Assembly (NCBI GenBank): GCA_963796055.1 | Contig: CAWCKH010000006.1 | Location: 96,001 to 160,000 of the forward strand | Length of the DNA: 64,000 nt | Source: an uncultured delta proteobacterium | GTDB taxonomy: Bacteria > Myxococcota > Myxococcia > Myxococcales > Myxococcaceae | Direction: 5' to 3' | Shown here: in pieces, positions 40,865 through 50,086 of the stretch | Layout: every line of letters begins with the position of its first letter | Numbering within the stretch: position 1 is the first letter of the stretch | Program-made: the position numbers and the translations under genes | The notes under the pieces: model-generated | The model's database searches: none | The model's input: the letters and a program-made list of their open reading frames with translations, nothing else | What the model was told of the DNA's origin: nothing

Positions 40865-42241
40865 TCAGAACGCCTCTCCGGCCCCGAAGTAGACACCCCA
40901 GGTCTTCTCGGCCACGGTGACGTCGAGGGTGATGTTGGTCCGCGACTGGCGGTTCATCATGAAGCGCAGGCCCACCCCGCCCGCCGGCGCGATGTACTGG
41001 AAGAGGTCGGTGCCGTTGCCGACGAAGCCCAGGTAGCTCACCGGCGCCCGGGAGAACGTCTCGGCGTTGGCAAAGACCACGCCGCCCAGGAGGCCATTGT
41101 CGGTGATCCGGAACCGCCACTCGACCTCGGCGTAGATCTCCGCCGTCCCCCGGAACCGCCCCTGCACGTAGCCTCGCCCGGTCCGGTTGCGCGCATCCCA
41201 GCCGATCGCCGGGAGCCCGAGGTAGGGCAGATTCCCGGTCACGTTGGTCTGGAAGACGGCCCAGAAGGCGAGCACGTTCCGGGGCACGGACCTGGACAGG
41301 CCCAGGTACCCGCGGAACTCCCCATAGAACAGCGAGCTGTCCTGCGCGCTCCCCAGCCAGTGCGGGTACCACTGAAAGGTGAGAGCGGCGTAGATGCCCC
41401 GGTAGGGGTTGATGGTCGAGTCGCGGCTGTCCCAGACGATGTTGAGGCTCGGACCCGAGGTGTTGTACGCCCCGGGGTTGAAGCCCAGGGCCTTGCTGTA
41501 GGCGTAGTGGCTGGTCACCACCGGTGGGTCGGCCCCGAGGTTCAGCGAGCGGTCGACGATGGCGTAGTAGCGGTCGAAGTTGAATCCCGGGCCGATGTAG
41601 AGGGTCTCGGTGATCCGTTTGAGAAAGTTCTCGCGGATCCGGATGAGGTTCAGGTCCATCGGCTGGGCTCCCTCGACGGCCGCGGTCGTGCCGTAGCCAT
41701 TGAGAGTGAATCCCCCGCTGATCGGGGTCTCTCCCGTCCCCAGCCCGAAGGTGTCCTGGTTGAAGATCAGGAACCGCCAGTCCCCCTGCAGCTGCCAGGA
41801 GTTGTTGTTCAGCATCAGCACGCTGTTGATGCCGGAGAGGAACTGGTTCTTGGTGGTGTAGAGGACGTTGGCCGAGATGTTGGAGATGGTCGTGGTCTCG
41901 GGGTCTCCGAGGTAGATGCCGACAATCGCCGCCACGCCAATCAGCACCCCCTGCGTCGGGTTGGAGCCGATGACCGGGAGGATGGTGAGGAGCGGCTTGT
42001 ACGGCTCGGGGCGCTTTGCCTCCTTCTCGCTCAGGCCCAGTGCGGTGAAGAGGTCGGTGGCGTCCTCGTAGCGCCGGCACTGCGACTCCACGCAGACCGA
42101 TCCTCGCCCCTCGCGCTCCACGCACTGGTCGGTGGTGGTGCAGGCCACCTCCTCGGGCTTCGCCCCGTCCTCCGGCGCCGCCGCACCGGCCGTCTCCGGC
42201 GCCGCGGCAAGCAGCAGCAAGCACCACAGGAGTGAGCGCAT
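40865..42241 (-). CDS. Omp85/BamA-TamA-family outer-membrane protein lacking POTRA domains
   Basis: Signal peptide, DSRDSTINPYRG, GRGYVQGRFRG, GGVGLRF, C-terminal GEAF. Confidence 0.8.
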   Translation of the reverse strand: MRSLLWCLLLLAAAPETAGAAAPEDGAKPEEVACTTTDQCVEREGRGSVCVESQCRRYEDATDLFTALGLSEKEAKRPEPYKPLLTILPVIGSNPTQGVLIGVAAIVGIYLGDPETTTISNISANVLYTTKNQFLSGINSVLMLNNNSWQLQGDWRFLIFNQDTFGLGTGETPISGGFTLNGYGTTAAVEGAQPMDLNLIRIRENFLKRITETLYIGPGFNFDRYYAIVDRSLNLGADPPVVTSHYAYSKALGFNPGAYNTSGPSLNIVWDSRDSTINPYRGIYAALTFQWYPHWLGSAQDSSLFYGEFRGYLGLSRSVPRNVLAFWAVFQTNVTGNLPYLGLPAIGWDARNRTGRGYVQGRFRGTAEIYAEVEWRFRITDNGLLGGVVFANAETFSRAPVSYLGFVGNGTDLFQYIAPAGGVGLRFMMNRQSRTNITLDVTVAEKTWGVYFGAGEAF

Positions 42242-42385
42242 CCGAGTTCCGTCGACACTGACCGACCGGCCCGGGGCACGGCAAGCTCCGGAAACCCCGA
42301 CGGACATTGGCCCGAAGTCCTACGGGGGTGCGACGCCGCGCCCCTTCCCGGCGGGGTAAGCCTGCCCCAGCCCGGGAGGGCGCCC

Positions 42386-43570
42386 ATGCCCGCTCCAGCC
42401 TCGGTGGGAACGCAGGACTTCTCGCTCGTCCTCGGAGGTCCGCTGTACCAGGTATTCCGTCGCGCCCATCTCAGCGGGCCGGCGCTGGAGCAGGCGGGGC
42501 GGCGCATCTGGGTGATCACCCTCCTCGCCTGGCTTCCGCTGCTCCTCCTCACGCTGGCCAGTGGTCACGCGTGGGGACCACCTAGCGCCCTGCCGTTCCT
42601 GCGGGACATCGAGGCGCAGGTGCGTTTCCTGGTGGCGCTGCCGATGCTCGTGACCGCAGAGCTGATCGTGCACCGCCGGACCCGCAGCATCGTCGCCCAG
42701 TTTCTGGACCGTCGTCTGGTCGAGCCCAGGGACGTGCCGCGGTTCGAGCAGGCGATCGCCTCGGCGCTCCGGCTCCGCAACTCGGTCCCGCTGGAGCTGG
42801 GACTGCTCCTGGTCGTGGCGACGGTGGGACACTGGCTCTGGAGGAGCGCCATCGCCTTCGACGCACCGAGCTGGTACGCGGCGCCGGAGGATGGTCGGAT
42901 GCGGCTCACCGCCGCGGGCGTCTGGTTCGCAGCGGTGAGCGTGCCGCTCTTCCAGTTCCTGCTCCTCCGCTGGTACCTCCGGCTGCTGATCTGGTTCCGC
43001 TTCCTGTGGCAGGTCTCGCGGCTGGACCTCCACCTCGTCCCCACCCACCCCGACCGCGCCGCCGGTCTCGCCTTCCTGGGCAAGGGGAGCTACGCCTTCG
43101 GACCGATCCTGTTCGCGCAGGGCGCCGTACTCGCCGGAGTCATCGCCACCCGCGTGGTGTACGGGGGTCAGCCGCTGACGGGGTTCAAGCTCGACGTCAT
43201 CGGCCTGGTCGGCTTCATGGTGCTCTTCCTCCTGGGGCCGCTGACCATGTTCAGCCCCGGGCTGGCGCGGGCGAAGCTGGCCGGGCTCGCGCAGTACGGG
43301 AGGCTGGCCAGCGCGTACGTCACCGCATTCGAGGGCAAGTGGATCCGCGGCGAGGCGGCCGACGAGGAGCTCCTGGGGACCGGGGACATCCAGTCGCTCT
43401 CCGACCTCGGGCAGAGCTACTCCGTGGTCCGGGAGATGAGCGTGGTCCCCTTCGGGGTGCAGGACGTCAGCCGACTGGTGTTCGCCACCGCCGCCCCGCT
43501 CCTTCCGCTCGCCCTCACCGTCTTCTCGGTGGAGGAGCTGTTGGTGCGTCTGCTGAAGATCGTCTTCTGA
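42386..43570 (+). CDS. Hypothetical polytopic membrane protein
   Basis: Multiple TM segments; HPDRAAGLAFL, DIQSLSDL. Confidence 0.75.
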   Translation: MPAPASVGTQDFSLVLGGPLYQVFRRAHLSGPALEQAGRRIWVITLLAWLPLLLLTLASGHAWGPPSALPFLRDIEAQVRFLVALPMLVTAELIVHRRTRSIVAQFLDRRLVEPRDVPRFEQAIASALRLRNSVPLELGLLLVVATVGHWLWRSAIAFDAPSWYAAPEDGRMRLTAAGVWFAAVSVPLFQFLLLRWYLRLLIWFRFLWQVSRLDLHLVPTHPDRAAGLAFLGKGSYAFGPILFAQGAVLAGVIATRVVYGGQPLTGFKLDVIGLVGFMVLFLLGPLTMFSPGLARAKLAGLAQYGRLASAYVTAFEGKWIRGEAADEELLGTGDIQSLSDLGQSYSVVREMSVVPFGVQDVSRLVFATAAPLLPLALTVFSVEELLVRLLKIVF

Positions 43571-43572
43571 CC

Positions 43573-44352
43573 TCAGGCGACGATGTTCGTCCCGCCGTCG
43601 ACGTACACCGTTCCCCCGGTGAGGCGCCGGGCGAATGGCGTCGCCAGGTAGGCGCAGGCGAAGCCGACGTCCATGATGTCCACCAGCTCACCCAGCGGCG
43701 CCTTCTGAGCCGCCTCGTTGAGGAGCTGCTCGAAGTCCTTCAGGCCCGAGGCCGCGCGGGTCTTGAGCGGTCCCGGCGAGATGGCGTGCACCCGGATGCC
43801 GGCGGGCCCCAGCTCGTAGGCCAGGTAGCGGCACGCCGCCTCGAGCGCGGCCTTCACTGGACCCATCACGTTGTAGCTGGGCACCACCCGGTTTGCGCCG
43901 TAGTAGCTCATGGCGAACATCGTCCCGCCGTTCTTCATCAGGGGTGCGGCCAGCTTCGCCATCCGGATGAAGGAGTGGCACGAGACGTCCATCGCCTTGG
44001 CGAAGCCCGCGGCCGAGCAGTCCAGGAGCCCGCCCTGGAGGTCCTCCTTCGGGGCGAAGGCGATGGAGTGAACGAGGCTGTCGAGCTTCCCCCATCGGGT
44101 CCGGATGAGGTCGAACACCACCTCCAGCTGTCCGGGCACACCCACGTCGAGGGGCGCGGTGATGGTTGCCCCGACCTCTCGGGCCAGCGGCTCGACATGG
44201 GCCCGAGCCTTGTCGTTGAGCCAGGTCACCGCGAGCTCTGCGCCCGCCTGCCGGAACGCCTTGGCGCAGCCGTAGGCGATGGACTGGTCGTTGGCGATCC
44301 CCACGACGAGGACCTTCTGGCCCTCCAGGACCGGCCGGATCTGGTCACTCAT
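43573..44352 (-). CDS. fabI: Enoyl-ACP reductase FabI
   Basis: GIANDQSIAYG, HSIAFAP, YNVMGPVKAALE, ISPGPLKTRAA. Confidence 0.92.
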   Translation of the reverse strand: MSDQIRPVLEGQKVLVVGIANDQSIAYGCAKAFRQAGAELAVTWLNDKARAHVEPLAREVGATITAPLDVGVPGQLEVVFDLIRTRWGKLDSLVHSIAFAPKEDLQGGLLDCSAAGFAKAMDVSCHSFIRMAKLAAPLMKNGGTMFAMSYYGANRVVPSYNVMGPVKAALEAACRYLAYELGPAGIRVHAISPGPLKTRAASGLKDFEQLLNEAAQKAPLGELVDIMDVGFACAYLATPFARRLTGGTVYVDGGTNIVA

Positions 44353-44370
44353 GATTCGTCCCTCCCCGCT

Positions 44371-46542
44371 TCAGGCGCTCGCCGGCTGTCCGGACGCCAC
44401 CCGCTCGGGCTTCGGCTCGAAGACCGCCTCGATCCGCTGCAGCCGCGCCTGCTCCTCCCCGGACAGCGCCCCGCGGGCGGAGAGCATCCGGTGCAGCAGC
44501 TCCAGCGCCGCGCGCCGCTTCTCCCCGCTCCTGGGGAGCAGTGCCGGCAAGGTCGCCACCGCCCGCTCCTCGTCCAGGATCACCAGCAGGAACTGCTCCT
44601 TGAGGATCTGCTTCAGCTCGGCGAAGGACCGTCGCTCGTCGGGCGGGCGCGAGGACCGGATGGCCATCAGCATCGAGAAGCCGCGCTCGTCGACGCTGCC
44701 CCCGGGGAGCCGCACGTAGACTAGGGCTCGGACGACCGCCTCCATCGCGCCGCCAGCGGTGTAGCGGGCTTCGAGGTTCGAGCGGCCCTGTGCCGTGGCC
44801 AGCTCGCGGGACAGGTCTCGCTCGGTGTGGCGCGGCTGGTTCTCCTCGGACCCGAGCCCGACCACCGCCTGGACGCCCGGGAGCCCGTAAATGCCGAGGA
44901 AGATGGCCTCGGACATCGCGTCCCGCATCGCGCCGACGGCGTCCAGGCTGGAGACGAGCCACGACGAGACTGCCCTCTCCAGGGAGAGCAACGGGTTCTC
45001 CGCCCGGACCGGCCTCCGCCCGGCACGCACTTGCGGGGCCAGCATCTTCACCGGCCACATGAACGGGTTCCGGTCGGAGAGCACCGAGAACCGGACCCGG
45101 TGCGGATGCAGCTGCCGCAGCGCGCGGGCCAGCGGCTCCTGCACCACCGTGCGTACGACCGGCGAGGCGAAGGTCTGGTAAAGGCTCTTGTTGACCTCGG
45201 AGACCCGGGCGACGGTGGCGAAGCGCCGCTCGTCCTCGGGAGGGTTCTGCCCCAGCGCGCGGATGTCGTCGAGCGTGCGCGCCTCGAGGCGGAAGAGGTA
45301 CTTCCCCTCGATTAGCTCTGGGTTCTCCACGTCCTCTGGCACCTCGGTGATGACCGCCTCGTAGAGGCCGGGAGGAAGCAGGTCGATGAGCGCCATGCAG
45401 CTGGCGAACTCGCTGTGCTCCTTGGTGGCCACCTTGCCGGAGACGAAGATGCCGAGGTGCCCGACGGTGTCGTGCATCGTGTAGACGATGGTCTGGCCCG
45501 CGGCGACGATCTCCCTCTCGTCGTCGTAGAGGTCGGTCACCCAGCCCAGCGCCTGCTGCGGCGGGGTGATGTCGTCGCCCCAGGAGCAGAAGACGACGAT
45601 CGGCGACTTCACGTTGCGCAGGTCGATGCGGGTGCCGTCCGAGGCGCGCAGCCCACCGGTGGACAGCTTGTTGCCGACGAACAGGTTGTCGGCAATCCAC
45701 TGCATCTCCCCGGCGTCGAGGAGCACCGGGCTCCCCCACCAGGTCTCGAAGTCGAGGTAGCGCGGCGCCTCGGTGTCGATCTTCGAGTAGAGGTTGTAGA
45801 GCTTCTTCCAGTAGGTGTTGGAGGGGTTGAGCGACTCGAAGTTGCCGATGAGGTGGGCGCCGTCGAAGATGCCCGCGCCCATGTCGCCGGCCAGCGCGGT
45901 GAGCCACGTGCCGCCGAGGAGCCCGCCGAGGTACCGCATCGGGTTCTTCCCCCGCACCCCGGCCCAGTACGACAGCGGCGAGCCGGCGAGCAGGATGGGA
46001 CCGGTCAGCTCGGGACGGAGCGCGGCCATCATCATGATCTGCCAGCCGGCCTGACAGTTGGCGATGACCACCGGCTTGCCCTCCGCCTTCGGGTGCCGGG
46101 CGATGACCTCCTCGAGGAATGCCGCCTCGGTGCGGCAGACGTCCTCCACGGTCTGCCCCGGCACCGGGTCGGGCAGGAAGCCGATGAAGTAGCAGGGGTG
46201 CCCGGCGGCGAGCGCCGCGCCGATCTCGCTGTCGTGCTTCATCCCCCCGATGCCGGGCCCGTGGCCGGCACGGGGATCCACCACCACGAAGGGCGGCTTG
46301 GTGGGGTCGATCTTCGTTCCCTCGGGCGGGAGGATCCGCACCAGGAGATAGTTGGTGGGCCGGGGCATCGTCCGGCCGTCGCGGACGAGTTCTGCCTCGA
46401 ACTCGAGCACGTGGGGAACCGTCTTCTTGCTCTGCTCGAGGTACCGGTTGCCGCGCTGGCGGAGGGTGTCGAGGAGGAGGATCGAGCGCTGCCAGGCGTC
46501 GAACCAGTACTCCCCGACGGGGCCGAGAATCGAGGGGGTCAT
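44371..46542 (-). CDS. DUF3141 domain protein (PHA synthase/depolymerase-like alpha/beta fold)
   Basis: VVVDPRAGHGPGIGGMK, NCQAGW, GSPLSYWAG, DDITPPQQAL, GHLGIFVS; AGGAG Shine-Dalgarno before ATG 46542. Confidence 0.85.
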   Translation of the reverse strand: MTPSILGPVGEYWFDAWQRSILLLDTLRQRGNRYLEQSKKTVPHVLEFEAELVRDGRTMPRPTNYLLVRILPPEGTKIDPTKPPFVVVDPRAGHGPGIGGMKHDSEIGAALAAGHPCYFIGFLPDPVPGQTVEDVCRTEAAFLEEVIARHPKAEGKPVVIANCQAGWQIMMMAALRPELTGPILLAGSPLSYWAGVRGKNPMRYLGGLLGGTWLTALAGDMGAGIFDGAHLIGNFESLNPSNTYWKKLYNLYSKIDTEAPRYLDFETWWGSPVLLDAGEMQWIADNLFVGNKLSTGGLRASDGTRIDLRNVKSPIVVFCSWGDDITPPQQALGWVTDLYDDEREIVAAGQTIVYTMHDTVGHLGIFVSGKVATKEHSEFASCMALIDLLPPGLYEAVITEVPEDVENPELIEGKYLFRLEARTLDDIRALGQNPPEDERRFATVARVSEVNKSLYQTFASPVVRTVVQEPLARALRQLHPHRVRFSVLSDRNPFMWPVKMLAPQVRAGRRPVRAENPLLSLERAVSSWLVSSLDAVGAMRDAMSEAIFLGIYGLPGVQAVVGLGSEENQPRHTERDLSRELATAQGRSNLEARYTAGGAMEAVVRALVYVRLPGGSVDERGFSMLMAIRSSRPPDERRSFAELKQILKEQFLLVILDEERAVATLPALLPRSGEKRRAALELLHRMLSARGALSGEEQARLQRIEAVFEPKPERVASGQPASA

Positions 46543-46579
46543 CGAGATCGCTCCTGTGTGTCTTCGGGCCGAAAAGTGA

Positions 46580-46595
46580 TGCAATTTCGGCACCG
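46580..46595 (-). promoter_or_regulatory. Putative sigma54 (-24/-12) promoter for DUF3141-fabI
   Basis: Minus strand CGGTGCCGAAATTGCA has GG-N10-GC spacing, about 40 nt upstream of the ATG. Confidence 0.45.
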
Positions 46596-46729
46596 TACGG
46601 AACCCTATGGGTCCCCGCGGGAACGAGTTGTGACGGACGAGAAACACCGCGCACACCGAGCGCCGCCGCCGGGACATGACGCAAGGCATTCGCGCTCGCG
46701 GTAGGGTCACGCTGCCCGGAGGTTCACCC

Positions 46730-47170
46730 GTGAGAGAGCTTCTCTGGATGGGAGCTGGGGTCGCGGCGCTCATGCTGGGATGCGCCTCGGCGCCGCCAGC
46801 TCCGGCGACGACGGAGAAGGCGGTGCCCAGCGCTCAGTACCTTCTCGGCTCGGAGTGGGCCCTGCGCGATCTCGCCGGGACGCCGCTGGTCGAGGACCGG
46901 ACGCCGACCATGGGCTTCCTCGAGCCCGGGAAGATCTCCGGCAATGCCTCCTGCAACCGCTACTCGGGCCCGGTGGAGCTCGGCGACGGGACCATCCGGG
47001 TCGGCGAGCTGGCCTCCACACGGATGGCGTGCACGCCCGAGGTGGACGTCCAGGAGAGGGCGTTCCTGGTGGCGCTCGGGAACGCCCGGCGGCTGGAGCT
47101 GGTGAACGGGGACCTGATCCTCCACAGCGAGAGCCTCGAAGAGCCGCTCCGGTTTCAACGCCTCCGCTGA
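46730..47170 (+). CDS. META/HslJ domain lipoprotein
   Basis: LMLGC lipobox, GNASCNRY, STRMAC; start uncertain (46676/46730/46748). Confidence 0.85.
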   Translation: MRELLWMGAGVAALMLGCASAPPAPATTEKAVPSAQYLLGSEWALRDLAGTPLVEDRTPTMGFLEPGKISGNASCNRYSGPVELGDGTIRVGELASTRMACTPEVDVQERAFLVALGNARRLELVNGDLILHSESLEEPLRFQRLR

Positions 47171-47186
47171 GTGCAGGGGCTCGTCC

Positions 47187-48104
47187 GTGGCCGAGGTGAC
47201 GGTCGTCGGAGCGGGGGTGGTGGGGCTGACGACCGCGCTCGTCCTCGGGGAATCGGGACACCGCGTCCGGGTCCTCTCGGCCGAGCGCCCCGAGCGAACG
47301 ACGTCCGCCGCCGCGGGCGCGCTCTGGTATCCCTTCGAGGTCGGCCCGCCCGACAAGGTGAACCGGTGGGCACGGACCACCCACGGCTGGCTGCTCGCGC
47401 TCTCGCGCACCGTGCCCGAGGCGGGCGTGGACGTCCTGACGGTGCGGGAGTGCGTCTCGGGCCCGCGGCGGCCTTGGTGGGCGGACGCGGTCGAGGGTCT
47501 CCGGCTGGTCGAAGGCCCCCAGCCGAGCGGGGCCCAGCTCGCCTGGGAGTTCGAGGCGCCAAGGGTGGAGCCGGCGCTTCACCTTGCATGGCTGGAGTCA
47601 CGGCTCGAGCGCCCGATCGAGATCGCGCGGGTCGAGCGTCTCGAGGACGTGCCGGGCGAGGTGGTGGTGAACTGCACGGGCGTCGGCGCACGGCGGCTCA
47701 CCGGCGACACTTCCCTGCGAGCGCTGCTCGGGCAGACCGTCGTGGTCCAGCCCGGGGAGGTGGACCTCCGCCAGATGTACGGCGACGAGCGCGACCACTC
47801 GGCGATGCTCTACGTGATTCCGCGGCGCGCCGAGGTGGTCATCGGGGGCTGCGCCTGGCCCTTCGACGGCGACGTATCGCCCGCCGCCGATCCAGCGCTT
47901 CGTGCGGTGTTCCTCGAGCGGGCGCGGGCTGCCGGATTCCGCCACGGTCCGGTGCTTCGGGATGCGGTGGGGCTACGACCGGTGCGCCCAGAGGTCCGGG
48001 TCGAGCGCGTGGGCCGCGTCATCCACCACTACGGGCACGGAGGCGCGGGCTTCACCCTGGCCCGAGGCTCGGCCGAGGATCTGGTGGCCGTCGCCGGTTC
48101 TTGA
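47187..48104 (+). CDS. FAD-dependent D-amino acid oxidase family protein
   Basis: VVGAGVVGLTTA, TTSAAAGA, VVNCTGVGA, GLRPVR, HHYGHGGAG. Confidence 0.9.
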   Translation: MAEVTVVGAGVVGLTTALVLGESGHRVRVLSAERPERTTSAAAGALWYPFEVGPPDKVNRWARTTHGWLLALSRTVPEAGVDVLTVRECVSGPRRPWWADAVEGLRLVEGPQPSGAQLAWEFEAPRVEPALHLAWLESRLERPIEIARVERLEDVPGEVVVNCTGVGARRLTGDTSLRALLGQTVVVQPGEVDLRQMYGDERDHSAMLYVIPRRAEVVIGGCAWPFDGDVSPAADPALRAVFLERARAAGFRHGPVLRDAVGLRPVRPEVRVERVGRVIHHYGHGGAGFTLARGSAEDLVAVAGS

Positions 48105-48159
48105 ACCGCATGCGTGGGCGCTGGCGGCCCGCGATTCGACAGGCGGAGGAGAGAGCACC

Positions 48160-48928
48160 TCAGGGGGGGCCGCTCGGGGGACGCGGCCCGTCGCCGTACG
48201 TCACCTCGACCAGCGTGAGCCCGTGCGCCGGTGCCGTCGGTCCGGCGAGGCTCCGGTCCTTCGCCGCGAGCACCTCCGCGACCCACCCGGGTCGGCGCTT
48301 GCCACGGCCCACCTCCACCAGCGAGCCGACGATGTTCCGCACCATGTGCTTGAGGAACGCCGTTCCCTCCACCTCGATGCAGAGCACCTGGCCTTCCTCG
48401 TGAAGTTCCAGCTCTCGCAACGTCCGCCGCGGGTGGGGAGCCTCGCAGTCCGCTGCCCGAAAGCTGGTGAAGTCGTGCGTCCCGAGGAGTGCCGGGGCCG
48501 CCGTCCGCATCGCCCCGACGTCCAGTGGAGTGAAGACCTCCCAGTGCGTCCGGCGAAGGAGCGGCGCGCGCCCCGGACGCCGGGAGATCGAAGTAGCGGT
48601 ACCGCTTCCCCGTCGCCCAGCGCCGCGGGTCGAAGCCGTCCGGCACCTCGTCGGCCGACACCACCGCCACATCCTCGGGTAGCAGCGAGGAGAGCCCCCG
48701 CACGTAGGCCTTTGCCGGCAGCGCCCGCGGAGTCTCGAAGGCCACCACCTGCCCCAGCGCGTGCACCCCGGCATCGGTTCGCCCAGCCGCGGCGGCGACC
48801 ACCGGAGCGCCAAGGAGCTCGGCCAGCGCCGCCTCCAGCACCGCCTGCACGCTGCGGCCATTCGGCTGCCGCTGCCACCCGACGAAGTCGGTGCCGTCGT
48901 ACTCGAGCCTGAGCCGGACCCGCGGCAT
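48160..48928 (-). CDS. truA: tRNA pseudouridine(38-40) synthase TruA; apparent +1 frameshift near 48589
   Basis: YDGTDFVGWQRQ, GRTDAGVHA and KRYRY in one frame; GTHDFTSF, FLKHMVRNIVG and TAPAHGL in the next. Confidence 0.88.
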
Positions 48929-50076
48929 CAGCGGAACTTCAACCAGTCGCGAAGCACGTCACGGGCCAGCTCCTCCAGCGTGAGCCCGTTGCGCTCGGCC
49001 ACCGTCTCCAGCGCCTTCCGGTCGGCGTCGTCCAGGTGCAGCCGCAGCGCCCGCCCCCCGCGTCGGGCATCACCGTCGGCGGCCAGCGTCTCCGAGGCCC
49101 GCGTCAGCCGCGTCCGCTCCGCCTCCAGCTCGTCGGAGAAGAGCTGCTTCAGGAAGTTGGCCAGGTGCATGCTCGAGGGACGGAAGTCGCTCTCGGCGAG
49201 CAGATGGTCGAGGTCGCGCTGCATCTCCCAGGCGCTCGGGTAGCGCTTGCCGCGATCCTTCTCCAGCGCCCGCATCACCACCGCCTCCACCTCGGGCGGG
49301 ATGTCTGGCTTGAAGTAGCTCGGGCCGTAGATCTTCCCCTCGCTGATGCTCCGCAGCACCGCTGGCTCCGAGTCGCCGGTGAAGAGACGGAACCCGGTCA
49401 GCCACTCGTAGAGCACCACCCCCAGCGAGAAGATGTCGCTCCGGCAGTCCAGCGGCTTGCCCAGCGCCTGCTCGGGGCTCATGTAGCTCAGCTTCCCCTT
49501 GATCTCCCCGACCGTGGTCTCCCCGGTCTGCCCCCGCGCCTTGGCGATGCCGAAGTCGAGGATCTTCACCGCCCCGTCGAAGGAGACGAAGACGTTCTCG
49601 GGCGTCACGTCCCGGTGCACGATGTGCAGCGGGTTGCCCCAGGCGTCGGCGCGCTGGTGGGCGTAGTGGAGCCCTTCACAGACGCTGGATGCGATCTTCA
49701 GCGCGTACACCGCCGGGAAGGCGATCCCCATCCGTTCGGCCTTGGGGATGATCCGCGCCATGTCGCGGCCGAACACGTACTCCATGGCGATGAAGTAGCT
49801 GTCGTCCACCTGCCCCAGCTCGTGGATCTGCACGATGTTGGGGTGGTTCAGCTGGGCCGCCAGCCGCGCCTCGTCGAGGAACATCTGCACGAAGCTCTTC
49901 TGCTTCGAGAGGTGGGGACGGATCCGCTTGATGACCACCGTCTTCTCGAAGCCCTCCAGCCCCTCCTGCCGGGCGAGAAAGATCTCCGCCATCCCGCCCA
50001 CCGCCAGGCGGTCGAGCAGGACGTACTTGCCGAAGCGGAGTCCGCCGGTGCGCTGAGCAGGTGAGCTCTGGGTCAA
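48928..50076 (-). CDS. Cytoplasmic Ser/Thr kinase with a C-terminal ribbon-helix-helix-like domain (probable Pkn14 ortholog)
   Basis: GGMAEIF, HPNIV, HRDVTPEN, DFGIAK, YMSPE; no TM; close to mrpABC; TTG start inferred. Confidence 0.88.
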   Translation of the reverse strand: MTQSSPAQRTGGLRFGKYVLLDRLAVGGMAEIFLARQEGLEGFEKTVVIKRIRPHLSKQKSFVQMFLDEARLAAQLNHPNIVQIHELGQVDDSYFIAMEYVFGRDMARIIPKAERMGIAFPAVYALKIASSVCEGLHYAHQRADAWGNPLHIVHRDVTPENVFVSFDGAVKILDFGIAKARGQTGETTVGEIKGKLSYMSPEQALGKPLDCRSDIFSLGVVLYEWLTGFRLFTGDSEPAVLRSISEGKIYGPSYFKPDIPPEVEAVVMRALEKDRGKRYPSAWEMQRDLDHLLAESDFRPSSMHLANFLKQLFSDELEAERTRLTRASETLAADGDARRGGRALRLHLDDADRKALETVAERNGLTLEELARDVLRDWLKFR

Positions 50077-50086
50077 CTCCGCGAGG

